Source of the DNA: Octopus bimaculoides
Lineage: Eukaryota
Direction of reading: 5' to 3'
DNA length: 64,000 nucleotides
NCBI RefSeq assembly: GCF_001194135.2
Contig: NC_068990.1
Location: forward strand, 3,375,800 to 3,439,799
Below, piece by piece: positions 25,701-38,560 of this stretch. The first letter of the stretch is position 1, and the number at the start of each line of letters is the position of its first letter. A program made the position numbers and the translations under genes. The notes under the pieces were generated by a model, which made no database searches, was not told the DNA's origin, and saw only the letters and a program-made list of their open reading frames with translations.

Positions 25701-26643
25701 GCATCAGTAAATATGTCCAATAATACAGATTCTATTCTTATTTTCGGAAGAAAGCAGGTCTTTTGATGCTATTAGATATGAAATTAGCTTCCATGTATAG
25801 GATTTCTTTCGCTAAAGCATATGCGTGCTTAGATTTCTGATGCAAAGCTATGCCATCCGACACATTGAATAGCAAATCTCCTCATTTACATTGATCTTGA
25901 TTCCTTGATATATTCCTAATTCTATAAGGAATTATATAAGCCGTTTCCAAATGCGTATACAACTTCACATGTAAAAAACATTATTTCAGTAAACGTGACA
26001 TTTACAGGTAAATACGAATAGAAATAAATGAAACATTATACGAGAGATATAGTGTTGGATGTAAATAAGTGTCATCCAACGACGGCAAGTTATATGTAGT
26101 GTGTATGCGTTTACATTTTTATCGAAAATGAAATTAGTTTGTTCTTAATGCATGTTGGGGCACTGATTCCAACGATGCCTTTTTCCCCTTTTTTCCTTTA
26201 CCACAAATAGGTTTCATTTTTCTTAAATTTTACTGTTACATATTTATTAATATCTTTTTACAAAATCCGTTTATGGCTTGAATCGAAGAAACAGAATATA
26301 TTTCATTCATTTCTACATTATTAATTTTTACCTTAATTTTCAAGTTATATATCCTGTGAGACACACTTGTCGTTTCATCATATTCGCTTGAAATCTTGCT
26401 ACAAAGCTAGCAATTCTAGGGAAAGTAGAAAATCGTCGTAAAATATAAGTTATACATGGTGTACAAAATGCTGATGCAATCTTCCTGATGTAGTTGAAGT
26501 TACCTGCAGGGTCAACTGAAAACCACCACTACTCCTCATCTAGAACATTAAGAGACCGTGACCTTCCCCATTGTCATTCTCACACCCACATTTAGAGTGT
26601 TCCCATGCTTCGCCGCTATTTTCACAACTTTCACGTAACTTAC

Positions 26644-26750
26644 TATAAATTGACGTGAGAGCACCTCCCTCTGCATTCCCTGTCCCTTTAACGGTTATTC
26701 GTCTATATAGACTCAGCTGCCTCCCGGACTCGTCCAGTACACAATAGTAG
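26644..26750 (-). CDS. Candidate internal exon (107 nt, phase 2 to 1), YYCVLDESGRQLSLYRRITVKGTGNAEGGALTSIY; possibly an Ig F-G strand
   Basis: Acceptor TTTTTATGTTTTTGCTATACCGAACAG, donor GTAAGT, only one open frame, GC richer than flanks. Product not recognised. Confidence 0.35.
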
Positions 26751-26848
26751 CTGTTCGGTATAGCAAAAACATAAAAATTACAAAATAAGTAAAAGAATAT
26801 ATATGTGAGGACGTTTTCTTGCATGTGTATGCATAGTCGGGCACACAT

Positions 26849-26985
<137 letters not shown>

Positions 26986-27397
26986 TGCAGGTGTAGAAAT
27001 AAGCGTAGGCCCTGCATGGCTGAATATTTAAGAATTGGATTTGCAAACACGAGAATCTGGCTTTCTATCCCTCTGCGAGGTTTCTGGAGCAAATGTAATT
27101 TTCTCAACATTTAGTTCCGCCCCATGTTTTTGTGCGTGAAATTGGGATGATAGAAACAATATAGAAAACCGTTCTAGGGATTGCTCCTGTTATAAAATTG
27201 GTACCATCTTGTCATATATTTTATCAACCTGACTTTGACAGGGAATCACTTTAAGGTTGCACGTAAGATTCACAAGCTCAGCCAATTACATGGTAATTCA
27301 GGAGCAGGTAATTCACTTGATCGAACAACTGAGTCTTCATCGTGTAACGACGGAGCTCCGCCATTTATATTAAGATATTTATATATATAAATATATA

Positions 27398-27437
<40 letters not shown>

Positions 27438-27531
27438 TGTGGGTGTGTGTGTGTGCGCGTGTGAATACCACTATAAATCAATAAATGAATGAAATGTCAG
27501 AGATGATGTCCTTTGTTTTGTTATTAACATC

Positions 27532-27777
27532 AACTCAGGCTTTATCTTGCAGATTTATGATCAAAGGCGTTTCAAATCTAATTTATTTTATACTATTTTG
27601 TAATAGTAATTATTTGTTTCCTTTTTTTTTGTTTGTTTTGTCTTTTTGATACGGTATCATTTGAGAGAAATTTCGGAATTTTGCAAATATTTCCACGAAG
27701 TTGTGCGACAGCACAAAAATAACCATATTGGGTCAGTAGGGTAATAAAATTGTAATTGTCGTTGCTGCTTTTTTACC
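27532..27777 (+). repeat. Direct duplicate (probable donor) of 24251-24497
   Basis: Same 246-bp block; here it does not interrupt a recognisable SINE. Confidence 0.95.
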
Positions 27778-28244
27778 TCAGGGTCACCTCTCCTGTAACA
27801 AGCCTATAACCAAAGGAAATCATATCATTACTATCCTGTCTGTTTGTGAAGGGCAACCTGGGACACGTTATCCAATATGCCACTTCTAATACGGCATGTT
27901 GTCAGCTAAAGTGGATTTCATTGCACTTTCCAGCAAGCTGAAAGACCACCAGTGACCCTCTCACTAGCTGATAGTGTAACATTGTTTGTTATGTTGTTGT
28001 CATGAAACCACGGGCCAGCTCTGTTCAAGCAGATCTATGATAAAAGACGTGACCCTATAGTTAGGATGACACCATCTCCATCCTAAATACACAGGACCCA
28101 TGAGCATTGACTATTGTCTTTATTTATGACGCTAAGATGCGAGTTGGGTGAGGTTTAGCTATAATAATTAGCAGATCAAGCGAACACTTACATACAGGCT
28201 CTCTCGTTCACGCATGGTTGCAATGCTAGTATATCAATAAAGAA

Positions 28245-28547
28245 GCACTCCGTCGGTTGCGACGACGAGGGTCCCAGCTGATCCGATCAACGGAACAGCC
28301 TGCTCATGAAATTAACGTGCAAGTGACTGAGCAATCCCAGACATGTGTAGCCCAAACGTAGTTCTCAGGGAGACTCGGCGTGACACATAGCGTGACAAGG
28401 CCAGCCCTTTGAAATACAGGTACTATAGATCTGCTGGACTGGAGCAACGTGAAATAAAGTGTCTTGCTCAAGGACACAAGGCGTCGCTGGTAATGGAACC
28501 CACGATCGTGAGCCGAATGCCCTATCCATTAAGCCACGCGCCTTCAC
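28245..28547 (-). mobile_element. tRNA-derived SINE, family C, near full length
   Basis: rc GTGAAGGCGCGTGGCTTAATGG...TTGTGTCCTTGAGCAAGACACTTTATTTCACG...CTCCCTGAGAACTACG...GCAGGCTGTTCCGTTGATCGGATCAGCTGGGACCCTCGTCGTCGCAACCGACGGAGTGC. Confidence 0.85.
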
Positions 28548-29286
28548 TAGTATGACGGCAATATTCATGATAATGACAGCTCTACAATCAAATGCCGTGA
28601 TGTAGTTGTTGCTGCTATTAATGGTGGTGGTGGTTTTGGTGGTTTTGATGGTGGTGGCAGTCGTCGTCGTGATAGTAGAGGTCGTGGTGGTCGTGGTGGT
28701 CGTGGTAGTCGTGGTGATTGAGATGGTAGTGGTATTGCTGCTGCTGGTGTCTGTGGTGGTTTGTGGTGGCGGTGCCGAAAAGTGCCATAGTCCAAGTATT
28801 TACATGTAATAAGGACGATTTAGCAGCAACTTCGACTACAATGTTGAGTGTGTTAAACCAACGGAAATATTTCAGTCACTAGGAAAAAATTTATTACGCT
28901 GAACTAAATATATTGATCTATTTTTGTTTCTGTTTTTATTCCTTCTCTAAATAAAAACCAAATACTAAATCAAAGAAAAAAGATATTAACTAATAAAATC
29001 AATACAAAAATGTTGTGCTAAATCAAAATGAATATTTCATTCTTTTATTAGATAGAATCTAAATTAATCAGCAGTAATGTTTAAATTTCACAGACTGTTC
29101 CTAACATATTTTATAGTTTATTATACAAAAATCATTTATCCTTGCAATAATTTTCACACTGCAAAAGCCAAAATAATTTTTTTATGAATCGTAAACTAAA
29201 AACGTGAAATTAGAAGGATTAAAAACGTAGCAACCAATGTAATATACAACAACAACAACAACAACAACAATAATAATACTAATAAT

Positions 29287-29500
29287 GGTTTCAATTTTTG
29301 CCACAAGGGTAGCATTTATGGGGGTGGGATGAGACGATTACATCGGCCTCAGTGTTCAATTGGTCCTAAATCTATCGACCTTAAAATGATGAAAGGAAAA
29401 GTCGACCTTGGCGGAATTTGAACTCAGAACGTAGCGACGGCCGAAATACCGCTAAGCGTTTCGTTCAGCGTGTTAACGATTCTACCAGAGCGCCGTCTTG
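29287..29500 (-). mobile_element. SINE family B
   Basis: GTCGACCTTGGCGGAATTTGAACTCAGAACGTAGCGACGGCCGAAATACCGCTAAG; flanked by (CAA/TAA)n and (GAT/AAT)n. Confidence 0.88.
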
Positions 29501-29541
29501 ATGATGATGATGATAATAATAATAATAATAATAATAATAAT

Positions 29542-29596
<55 letters not shown>

Positions 29597-29608
29597 CGAT
29601 GATGATGA
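29500..29608. repeat. Compound (GAT)n/(AAT)n microsatellite
   Basis: Direct reading. Confidence 0.95.
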
Positions 29609-30140
29609 GGCAGTGGCTCTCATAGCTTCTGCTCTTAACTGATTGAAAGTACTATCATTGTTTTGTCTTGGTATAAAAGATGGGCTACAGCAAATATTCT
29701 GCCCAATACCACAGAATTGCTTGTCAGTTGTTTGACCTTGACCATTTGAGCATGTCTCATAATGCCTGACAATATGTGCATCTCTGATCACAAGCAGAAG
29801 TAGTGGAGGAGCATCATAGCCATGTGTTGAGAGGAATTCTTTAGAGTTTGAATAATTCACCTCTGGAAACATGGGTGTTTCGATCAACAACCTTAAACAA
29901 CCCTTATTCAGGGACCTTTTGAATGGAATGGGCTACTCTATTTGATGAACATTCTTACTGGGCCCCGCCTGCAAGATCATGCGCTGTTTATCTTAATATG
30001 AGATCACCTTGTCGCGCACATATGGTAGTGGTGCATGTCCCTGGTATACCCTTATCAGACGGGTAGTCGTGATGGGTATATTGGGCTTCGTTTATTTTAC
30101 CCCAGTGTTACTTTGATGGCATGCACTACTCTCTCACTCA
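29608..30140. mobile_element. ~530-bp interspersed repeat of unknown class between (GAT)n and (AAT)n
   Basis: Sharply bounded GC-richer block with no coding signal; resembles an abundant octopus repeat from recollection only; single copy in the window. Confidence 0.45.
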
Positions 30141-30160
30141 ATAATAATTATTATTATCAT

Positions 30161-30377
30161 AATCCTTTTTACTATAGGTACAAGGTCTGAAAACTTGGGA
30201 GAGGGGACGAGAGGATTGCATCGACATAAGCGTTTCATTGGTACTTAATTTATCGACTCCGAGAGAATGAAAGGCAAAGGCGACCTCACCGGAATTTGAA
30301 CTCAGAAAGTAGCGGCAGACGAAATACAATTAAGCATTTCGCCCGGCGTGCAAATGATTCTACCAGCTCGCCGCCTT
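30161..30377 (-). mobile_element. SINE family B
   Basis: GGAATTTGAACTCAGAAAGTAGCGGCAGACGAAATAC...CCAGCTCGCCGCCTT. Confidence 0.88.
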
Positions 30378-30394
30378 AATAGCAATGATGATGG

Positions 30395-30437
<43 letters not shown>

Positions 30438-30467
30438 GAGGAGGAAGAGGGGAGAAGGATTTGTAAT

Positions 30468-30634
30468 ATGGGTACAAAGCTTGAAATCTTTTTGGAGAGG
30501 ATGGTCGGTTATATGGACTCCAGTGGTCTAATGGGACTTATCTTATCGACCCTGAAAATGATGAAAGGCAAAACTCGAGCTCGGAGGGATTTGAACTTAG
30601 AACGTAAAGACGGACGAAATGACACTAAACATTT
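30468..30634 (-). mobile_element. SINE family B, head truncated
   Basis: ATCGACCCTGAAAATGATGAAAGGCAAA...GATTTGAACTTAGAACGTAAAGACGGACGAAAT. Confidence 0.8.
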
Positions 30635-30638
30635 GAGG

Positions 30639-30693
<55 letters not shown>

Positions 30694-30699
30694 CCTTCA

Positions 30700-30870
30700 C
30701 ACAAATGGCAAGAGCCCTCTCCCTGTTCTTTCGCAATATTCACCCACCTTTCAACAAATTGACTCGAGGACAGTTTCTCCTTCTCCATCCTCACTTTCCT
30801 TTCCAAGGAAGTCCCTACGCGCTCACTTTCTTGCAGTAAATTGACTACCTGACCATTGGAAGGCATCCCT
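30700..30870 (-). mobile_element. Probable Tx1/L1-like LINE ORF2 C-terminal fragment
   Basis: LERKVRMEKEKLSSSQFVERWVNIAK resembles Tx1-clade ORF2 termini (recognised from memory); runs into (ATC)n. Confidence 0.5.
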
Positions 30871-31442
30871 TCACAAGAAAATAAATAAGAGAAGCTTCAA
30901 CATAATCATGCAACACGACGGTAAGGCGATATATACTGATAGAAGTGCTGTATATATTTGCCAACCATGCCTGGCCTGTCAGGGACAAATTTTGTCTCCA
31001 TTTCTGAATAAGACTGGCCACCCTATTTGTTACCTTGCAAAGTTATTATCCACCTGGAGGTCGGGACGGAACCAGACATCAAGAAGTTAAGTGGTCCGCT
31101 AGTCCAATATACAAAGACGCCGTCCGACGGCATGGAACTGATACTGTAGGCTACCATTCGCAAGCCAACTAACTTGTTGGCGTTGATTTCGGCTTCTGTA
31201 ACAAACTCGTGTTCCTTTAGAAAGTTGCCGACCATCTCCACTTTTAGTGACTTACGATACTATGATGCTGAAATCGTCCAAGCACGTTGTAAATATTAAA
31301 TGCAGAAGACAGACCAAGCGTGCAATACAAAACGGTTTCGTTAGGGGGCCGTGTACTTTGACCAGCAAGCAAGATGCCACTGTGCTTTGCAGAGATCTAG
31401 CTGTTTTCAAGACGGCTTCTAAGTTAGTGCTCAAGACTACTA

Positions 31443-31633
31443 AAGGCGCAAGGGCTGACATTTTGGGGTAGAGGACTAGTCGATTACGTCGACCCGTGAT
31501 TCTCTAGTACTTAATTTATCAACACGGAATGGATGAAATGCAAAGTCGACCACGACGGAATTTGAAATCAGAATGCAAAGACTGACAAAATTCCGCTAAG
31601 TATTTTCTCTAGCGTGCCAACGTTTCTGCCATC
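31443..31633 (-). mobile_element. SINE family B
   Basis: AGTCGATTACGTCGACCC...TACTTAATTTATC...CAAAGTCGACCACGACGGAATTTGAAATCAG. Confidence 0.82.
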
Positions 31634-31644
31634 ACTCTTATACG

Positions 31645-31703
<59 letters not shown>

Positions 31704-31704
31704 T

Positions 31705-31799
31705 TATTAAAGGCACAAGGCTTGTAATTTGGGAGTAGGACACTAGTCGATTACATCGACCTCAGCGTTTCACTGGAACTTACTTTATCGATCCCGAAA
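31705..31799 (-). mobile_element. SINE family B, 3' half within (AAT)n
   Basis: GGCACAAGGC...AGTCGATTACATCGACCTCAG...TTTATCGATCCCGAAA. Confidence 0.75.
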
Positions 31800-33335
31800 T
31801 AATAATAATAACAACAATGGCACTAAAAATATGACATCAGAAATACGTCTACGTATAATAGTTGTATACCACGATTTACAAAAGAATCGAAATGACATAA
31901 ATCATTATTATAATTTATTTAAAAGCTGTATTGTTCTATGCGTGTAGTTCTGAGGAAGAAATATTTATATTCGTATGTTTTGGATATTTTGTTTTCAAAT
32001 TAACTATTTATTACTCAAATTTCAAAATACCAATTGAAGAGAATCAACATAAATGAAAGAAATTTAGATTTAAAAATAGAGAGAGAGAGAATACATAAGT
32101 TAAGATAAAGATATTATCCTCACCAATACAGAATGAAAGAACAGGTTTACACGGGAAACAATAAAAGATATGTTCCTGCTATGCACTTTAATAGCTTAAA
32201 AATAAAACAGCAAAACTGCTTAACATTTTCAATTTAGATTTCCAATTTATAGCTGTAGTGATACCCACTAAAAAGTAAATAATTCTCATAAGAATAAACA
32301 CAAGCTTCAATTACATGCCTTTAAGGTAGATAGAATATGAGAGCTAAGTTAGAGAATGGAAATGTTTGCTAAAAATGATTTTCCTGCCAAACAATCATGA
32401 ATAGGTTGCATAGGAAATCGTTTTTAAATAACTCGTAGATCGTGACACCAATTTAATTGGATGGCGATGATGTGAGCATATATCTGTAAGAAAAGAATAC
32501 CAGTCATCTTTTTGTGTTTTGAGGAAATGTGCTTTCACATAGGTATGTAAACATATACGTATATATATATATATATATATATNNNNNNNNNNNNNNNNNN
32601 NNNNNNNNNNNNNNNNNNNNNNNNNNNNNNNNNNNNNNNNNNNNNNNNNNNNNNNNNNNNNNNNNNNNNNNNNNNNNNNNNNNNNNNNNNNNNNNNNNNN
32701 NNNNNNNNNNNNNNNNNNNNNNNNNNNNNNNNNNNNNNNNNNNNNNNNNNNNNNNNNNNNNNNNNNNNNNNNNNNNNNNNNNNNNNNNNNNNNNNNNNNN
32801 NNNNNNNNNNNNNNNNNNNNNNNNNNNNNNNNNNNNNNNNNNNNNNNNNNNNNNNNNNNNNNNNNNNNNNNNNNNNNNNNNNNNNNNNNNNNNNNNNNNN
32901 NNNNNNNNNNNNNNNNNNNNNNNNNNNNNNNNNNNNNNNNNNNNNNNNNNNNNNNNNNNNNNNNNNNNNNNNNNNNNNNNNNNNNNNNNNNNNNNNNNNN
33001 NNNNNNNNNNNNNNNNNNNNNNNNNNNNNNNNNNNNNNNNNNNNNNNNNNNNNNNNNNNNNNNNNNNNNNNNNNNNNNNNNNNNNNNNNNNNNNNNNNNN
33101 NNNNNNNNNNNNNNNNNNNNNNNNNNNNNNNNNNNNNNNNNNNNNNNNNNNNNNNNNNNNNNNNNNNNNNNNNNNNNNNNNNNNNNNNNNNNNNNNNNNN
33201 NNNNNNNNNNNNNNNNNNNNNNNNNNNNNNNNNNNNNNNNNNNNNNNNNNNNNNNNNNNNNNNNNNNNNNNNNNNNNNNNNNNNNNNNNNNNNNNNNNNN
33301 NNNNNNNNNNNNNNNNNNNNNNNNNNNNNNNNNNN

Positions 33336-33369
<34 letters not shown>

Positions 33370-33419
33370 ATATACATATATATGTATATAACTGCGTGTG
33401 CCTTTGCCTGCGTGACTTT

Positions 33420-33560
33420 CTGTCTGTCTTTGTCCCCCACCCCGATCTAACAACTAGTGTTGATGTGTTTATGTTCCCGTAACTTACCGGGGACGAAAAC
33501 CCTCAAAGCGATTCTCCAGCATAACTACAGTCAAATGACAGAACAAGTAAAAAATAAAAG
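33420..33560 (+). mobile_element. SINE family A, 3' half (head probably in gap)
   Basis: TTGTCCCCCACC...TTCCCGTAACTTA...CCAGCATAACTACAGTCAAATGACAGAACAAGTAAAA. Confidence 0.72.
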
Positions 33561-34391
33561 CCGTGAATGCTACATTTACATTCTATCTTCTTAAGGAAGT
33601 TATCGTTTGGTAGCGGATTATCGGAAACGTGAAACTTACCGTCAAAAATTGGAGCTCTTTGTGTTNNNNNNNNNNNNNNNNNNNNNNNNNNNNNNNNNNN
33701 NNNNNNNNNNNNNNNNNNNNNNNNNNNNNNNNNNNNNNNNNNNNNNNNNNNNNNNNNNNNNNNNNNNNNNNNNNNNNNNNNNNNNNNNNNNNNNNNNNNN
33801 NNNNNNNNNNNNNNNNNNNNNNNNNNNNNNNNNNNNNNNNNNNNNNNNNNNNNNNNNNNNNNNNNNNNNNNNNNNNNNNNNNNNNNNNNNNNNNNNNNNN
33901 NNNNNNNNNNNNNNNNNNNNNNNNNNNNNNNNNNNNNNNNNNNNNNNNNNNNNNNNNNNNNNNNNNNNNNNNNNNNNNNNNNNNNNNNNNNNNNNNNNNN
34001 NNNNNNNNNNNNNNNNNNNNNNNNNNNNNNNNNNNNNNNNNNNNNNNNNNNNNNNNNNNNNNNNNNNNNNNNNNNNNNNNNNNNNNNNNNNNNNNNNNNN
34101 NNNNNNNNNNNNNNNNNNNNNNNNNNNNNNNNNNNNNNNNNNNNNNNNNNNNNNNNNNNNNNNNNNNNNNNNNNNNNNNNNNNNNNNNNNNNNNNNNNNN
34201 NNNNNNNNNNNNNNNNNNNNNNNNNNNNNNNNNNNNNNNNNNNNNNNNNNNNNNNNNNNNNNNNNNNNNNNNNNNNNNNNNNNNNNNNNNNNNNNNNNNN
34301 NNNNNNNNNNNNNNNNNNNNNNNNNNNNNNNNNNNNNNNNNNNNNNNNNNNNNNNNNNNNNNNNNTATATATATATACAAAGGCTATGATG

Positions 34392-35181
34392 TATAGATTG
34401 TCGGCATTTTATATTCTTCATTTCGTGCTCGCATATACTTTGTTTTTGGTTTTATCGGCTACACTGTACAGTGGAGTTAGCTGGGCACTGTCTGTGAGAG
34501 AAAAAACCAGCACCATGACCCAATTCACTCTGCCTGAAATTTCGAAACGGCATGCTGTCCTGCTTTGCTTTCGCGCCGGAAACTCCAGTACGAACATTTT
34601 AGTATTTGGGTCTCAATCTCAGGACAGTGCAGACTGAGGATATGCACCGAGATTGATCAGAATCAAACATCCACTCAGCACCATGGTGTTTGGAATGATC
34701 ACTAGTAATGGCGACATTATGCCTCCATTCATCTTCCCACGCGGCCTCAGTCTCAACACGGGGGCCTACAGCAAGTGCCTGGATGAGGTAGTGCTGCCCT
34801 GGGTCAAGAGGTGCGCTGCTGGAAGGCCCTATGTCTGGCATCAGGACTCTGCATCATACCACATGAGCTGGAGAGCCCAGTCATGGCTGCCAGACTATTA
34901 CTGCGACCACATCACTCCTAATATCCGGCCACCTAACTCCGCACACTGCAACCCACTTCAATATGTGTTGGGCGCAATATTCACCCACTTAAACAAGGTG
35001 ACCGTCCAGAAGATTTGCAGGAGAGGAGTCTGGAGTCCGTGGTTGAAACCAATGGCGTTTTATCGAATAAAATTACTCTTTAGTATTCCAAGATATTTTC
35101 TATGTAATTTTGGTAAATATATCTGTTAAAATGAGATATCAGTTTTATCTCCACTTTTCGTAATTTAGACGACAGTGTATA
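34392..35181 (+). mobile_element. maT/DD37D-like (Tc1/mariner superfamily) transposon, internally deleted
   Basis: N-terminus MTQFTLPEISKRHAVLLCFRAG..LNLRTVQ fused to catalytic part HPLSTMVFGMITSNGDIMPPFIF..GRPYVWHQDSASYH..RPPNSAHCNPL. Imperfect TIR-like ends TATAGATTGTCGGC / GACGACAGTGTATA. Confidence 0.82.
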
Positions 35182-35197
35182 TATTCATTGCACTCTG

Positions 35198-35320
<123 letters not shown>

Positions 35321-35555
35321 TATCTTTCTATGTTTTATATAATTTTCTATCTATGGATCTTCCCCCTCTATCTTTCTCTTTATATATATAAACACAAACA
35401 TATATGTAGCTATAGACACAAAGACTCATATTTATATAGATAGATAAATAGATAGATAAATACATACATACATACACCCATACATATACAATCTCATCTG
35501 TACAAACACATACAAATATATAGACTCATATATGTATATATATATATATATATAT

Positions 35556-35623
<68 letters not shown>

Positions 35624-35879
35624 CATGTTTTTACACATGCACACACTCACACAAATATATATGTTGTATACACTAACAAAATTACACGTACCTCCTGTAA
35701 TAAATAAAATTACACACATTTTATTATCAATTAATTAATTAATTAGTTAATTAGTTAATTAATTAATTAATTTCATGATTTATATATTTATTTGTTCGCT
35801 TGTCATCTTATTATGCCAAACAAACGAGGTATTTTGAATTATTTCCCAGAGACAATTGTCTTATTAATATTCTGTGAAT

Positions 35880-36013
35880 CCCGCCAATCTCGACTTTGCC
35901 TTTCATACTTTCGGAGTCGATAAATTAAATACCAGTTGCGTTCTATGGTCGAGCTAATCGACTGGCCCCCTTCCCCAAAATGTCGGGTCTTGTGCCTAGA
36001 GTAGAAAAGAATT
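35880..36013 (+). mobile_element. SINE family B, 3' two-thirds
   Basis: CGACTTTGCCTTTCATACTTTCGGAGTCGATAAATTAAATACCAG...TTGTGCCTAGAGTAGAAAAGAAT. Confidence 0.85.
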
Positions 36014-36504
36014 TTGTGTGGATCTGAAAGTGTATGGTACAGCGTGATTGTACATAGATTTTGCTTGTTATTTATTCATGCTTATATTTGTACATGAACG
36101 CAGGTGGACGTGCGCACACACATAGTTAGCCATTTACAGTTACGTCTATTCGAAAACAAAAACTCAGTGTATGTCATAAATCTTTGTCGTTCAATGATTA
36201 GATGCCCGGTCAATTGAATTAGCTGCACCTGTATAAACGTGTGTATATCTCAACATTCCGTGAGCATGTGTGCCCGTAACTCAACACTGAGTCATAATTG
36301 GCATGGCACTCAGTATGAAGGGCAGAGCTGTAGAGAATACATTTTACTAAAGAATCCACTAAGTGGGTACAAACGTAATGGCTAGGAGACTAGCTTTTCA
36401 AACCTCTTGCCATAATATGCCTGCTTGTGTATGTAGACTTATACCATATATTCGTACACACCCACACGCACATACACACNNNNNNNNNNNNNNNNNNNNN
36501 NNNN

Positions 36505-36565
<61 letters not shown>

Positions 36566-36704
36566 CACACACGCGGCCATTGGACGCAAATACCTTTCTC
36601 AGGAATGGAATAGACGAACACATTTTGCTTGTATAGTTGAAGAGATTTGAAGACTTAAATGACCGAATTTATACCCGCACAGACACACACAGGCACGTGC
36701 AGGC

Positions 36705-36833
<129 letters not shown>

Positions 36834-36878
36834 GAACAAGAACGTGCAAGAGACGACAGTTAAACATACAGAGAGATA

Positions 36879-37868
36879 GATGATGCGAAGACAGATAAGA
36901 AAAAACAAGGACAGGTCATTCGCAAGTTCCTCTCGTCAGTCAAGTTACCAAATTATACTTTTCAGTTACGGGCAGTTACACTTGAGACTGTTCAAAATTA
37001 GCTGCCCCTAAAAATCTAAGTTAAAAGCATTATTAATTTTTTTGAGAGAAAGCAAGCGAATGTGTACGACAACGAATACAAAAGTGAAAAACGGAGAACA
37101 TATTACACAATTACAAATACAAACAAGAAAATAGCAACAGGTGTCTTTCAACTAATAAAGACGAATCAAGTTGAGTTGGCGTGTATAGAATAAATGCTTT
37201 TAGGTGGGAACATAAGAGATGAAAGTCAAGAGACAGGAATATAAGAGATGCTTCGCGGCTGGCAATTAAGCCAAGAAAGAGAGTTCATGGTTGGCCGAAC
37301 ACCGGTTACGTCGAAGGAAAAAAGAGAGATAAGGGGGAAAGGAATTGAAGTATTAGGAGGAGAACGAGAAAGAGAGGAAATCAGAGAGACATAGAGAAAG
37401 GTACAAGGCAGATAAACGAGGAGGAAAGGTAGGAATTAAAGAAAGAAGGGTAAAAGTTAAAGAAAGTATGAGGAGGACTAAATTAAAGAGTAAAAGAGTC
37501 GTATAAAATTTAGATACACACTTACTTTCAAGGTGAGCATAAGTGTAGGTACGCCGATATATGTATGTATAAATAAAAAAATGGAATAAGAACGCAACAG
37601 ACAATAAAACATCCGGACATATAGACGATACGAAGATGGACAGGAAAAACCACAGTTTCGGGCAGTTGCATATGAGACTGTTCAAATCTTACAGCCCCTA
37701 AAAATCTAAGCCAAGGGCATTAAATTTTGGAGGAGGAAGCAAGTGAATGTGTGCAACAAAGACAGAAAACGGAGAACGTATTACACAATTACAAAAACAA
37801 ACAATACGAAAATAGCAACAGGTGTCTTTTGACAAATAAAGACGAATCAGATTGAATTGTTGTATAGA
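36879..37868. repeat. Partial tandem repeat, ~690-740-bp period (diverged direct repeats 36879-37190 and 37620-37868)
   Basis: Shared blocks GGGCAGTT..GAGACTGTTCAAA..CCCCTAAAAATCTAAG..AAAACGGAGAAC.TATTACACAATTACAAA..AAAATAGCAACAGGTGTCTTT..ATAAAGACGAATCA around a purine-rich spacer. Confidence 0.85.
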
Positions 37869-37892
37869 GTGGTGTGTATATATATATATATA

Positions 37893-38280
37893 CATGTGGC
37901 TGTGTGGTAATGAGTTTGCATTCCAGCCACATGGTTCCACGTTCAGTCCCACTGCGTGACACCTTAGGCAAGTGTCTCCTACTATAGCTTCGGGCCGACC
38001 AAATCTTTCTGGGTGGATTTGGTAGACGGAAACTTAAAGACGCCCGTCGTATATATATATATATATATATATATNNNNNNNNNNNNNNNNNNNNNNNNNN
38101 NNNNNNNNNNNNNNNNNNNNNNNNNNNNNNNNNNNNNNNNNNNNNNNNNNNNNNNNNNNNNNNNNNNNNNNNNNNNNNNNNNNNNNNNNNNNNNNNNNNN
38201 NNNNNNNNNNNNNNNNNNNNNNNNNNNNNNNNNNNNNNNNNNNNNNNNNNNNNNNNNNNNNNNNNNNNNNNNNNNNNNNN

Positions 38281-38323
<43 letters not shown>

Positions 38324-38560
38324 TTATGTGTGTTTATGCGTGCGCACACCTCTGTGTGTGTGTGTGTGTGTGCGTGCGTTTGTCTGCCCACCATCATTTG
38401 ACAACTGATGCTGGTGTATGTGCTCCTTAACCTACCGGTTCGTCAAAAGTGCCCTATAGAATAATTACTAGGATTACAAAGCTTGGGGTCGATTTTTTTT
38501 CGACTAAAATCCTTTGGCCGCAGGCAAATGACAGAAACGAGGAAAAGAATAAAAGAATAT
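37893..38560 (+). mobile_element. SINE family A, full length, internal microsatellite expanded across a gap
   Basis: Head GTGGCTGTGTGGTAA...CACCTTAGGCAAGTGTC...GCCCGTCGTATATA; 3' half resumes TTTGTCTGCCCACCATC...CAAATGACAGAAAC...AAAAGAATA. Confidence 0.88.

Noticed and set aside
28570-28810. Pro/Arg- or Val-rich ORFs
   Set aside because: Degenerate (GGT)n tract.
36905-36945. Minus-strand CTGACGA...GAAT...GTC
   Set aside because: Stem II is weak, GAAT replaces GAAA and there is no stem I pairing; noted only as a hint within the tandem repeat.
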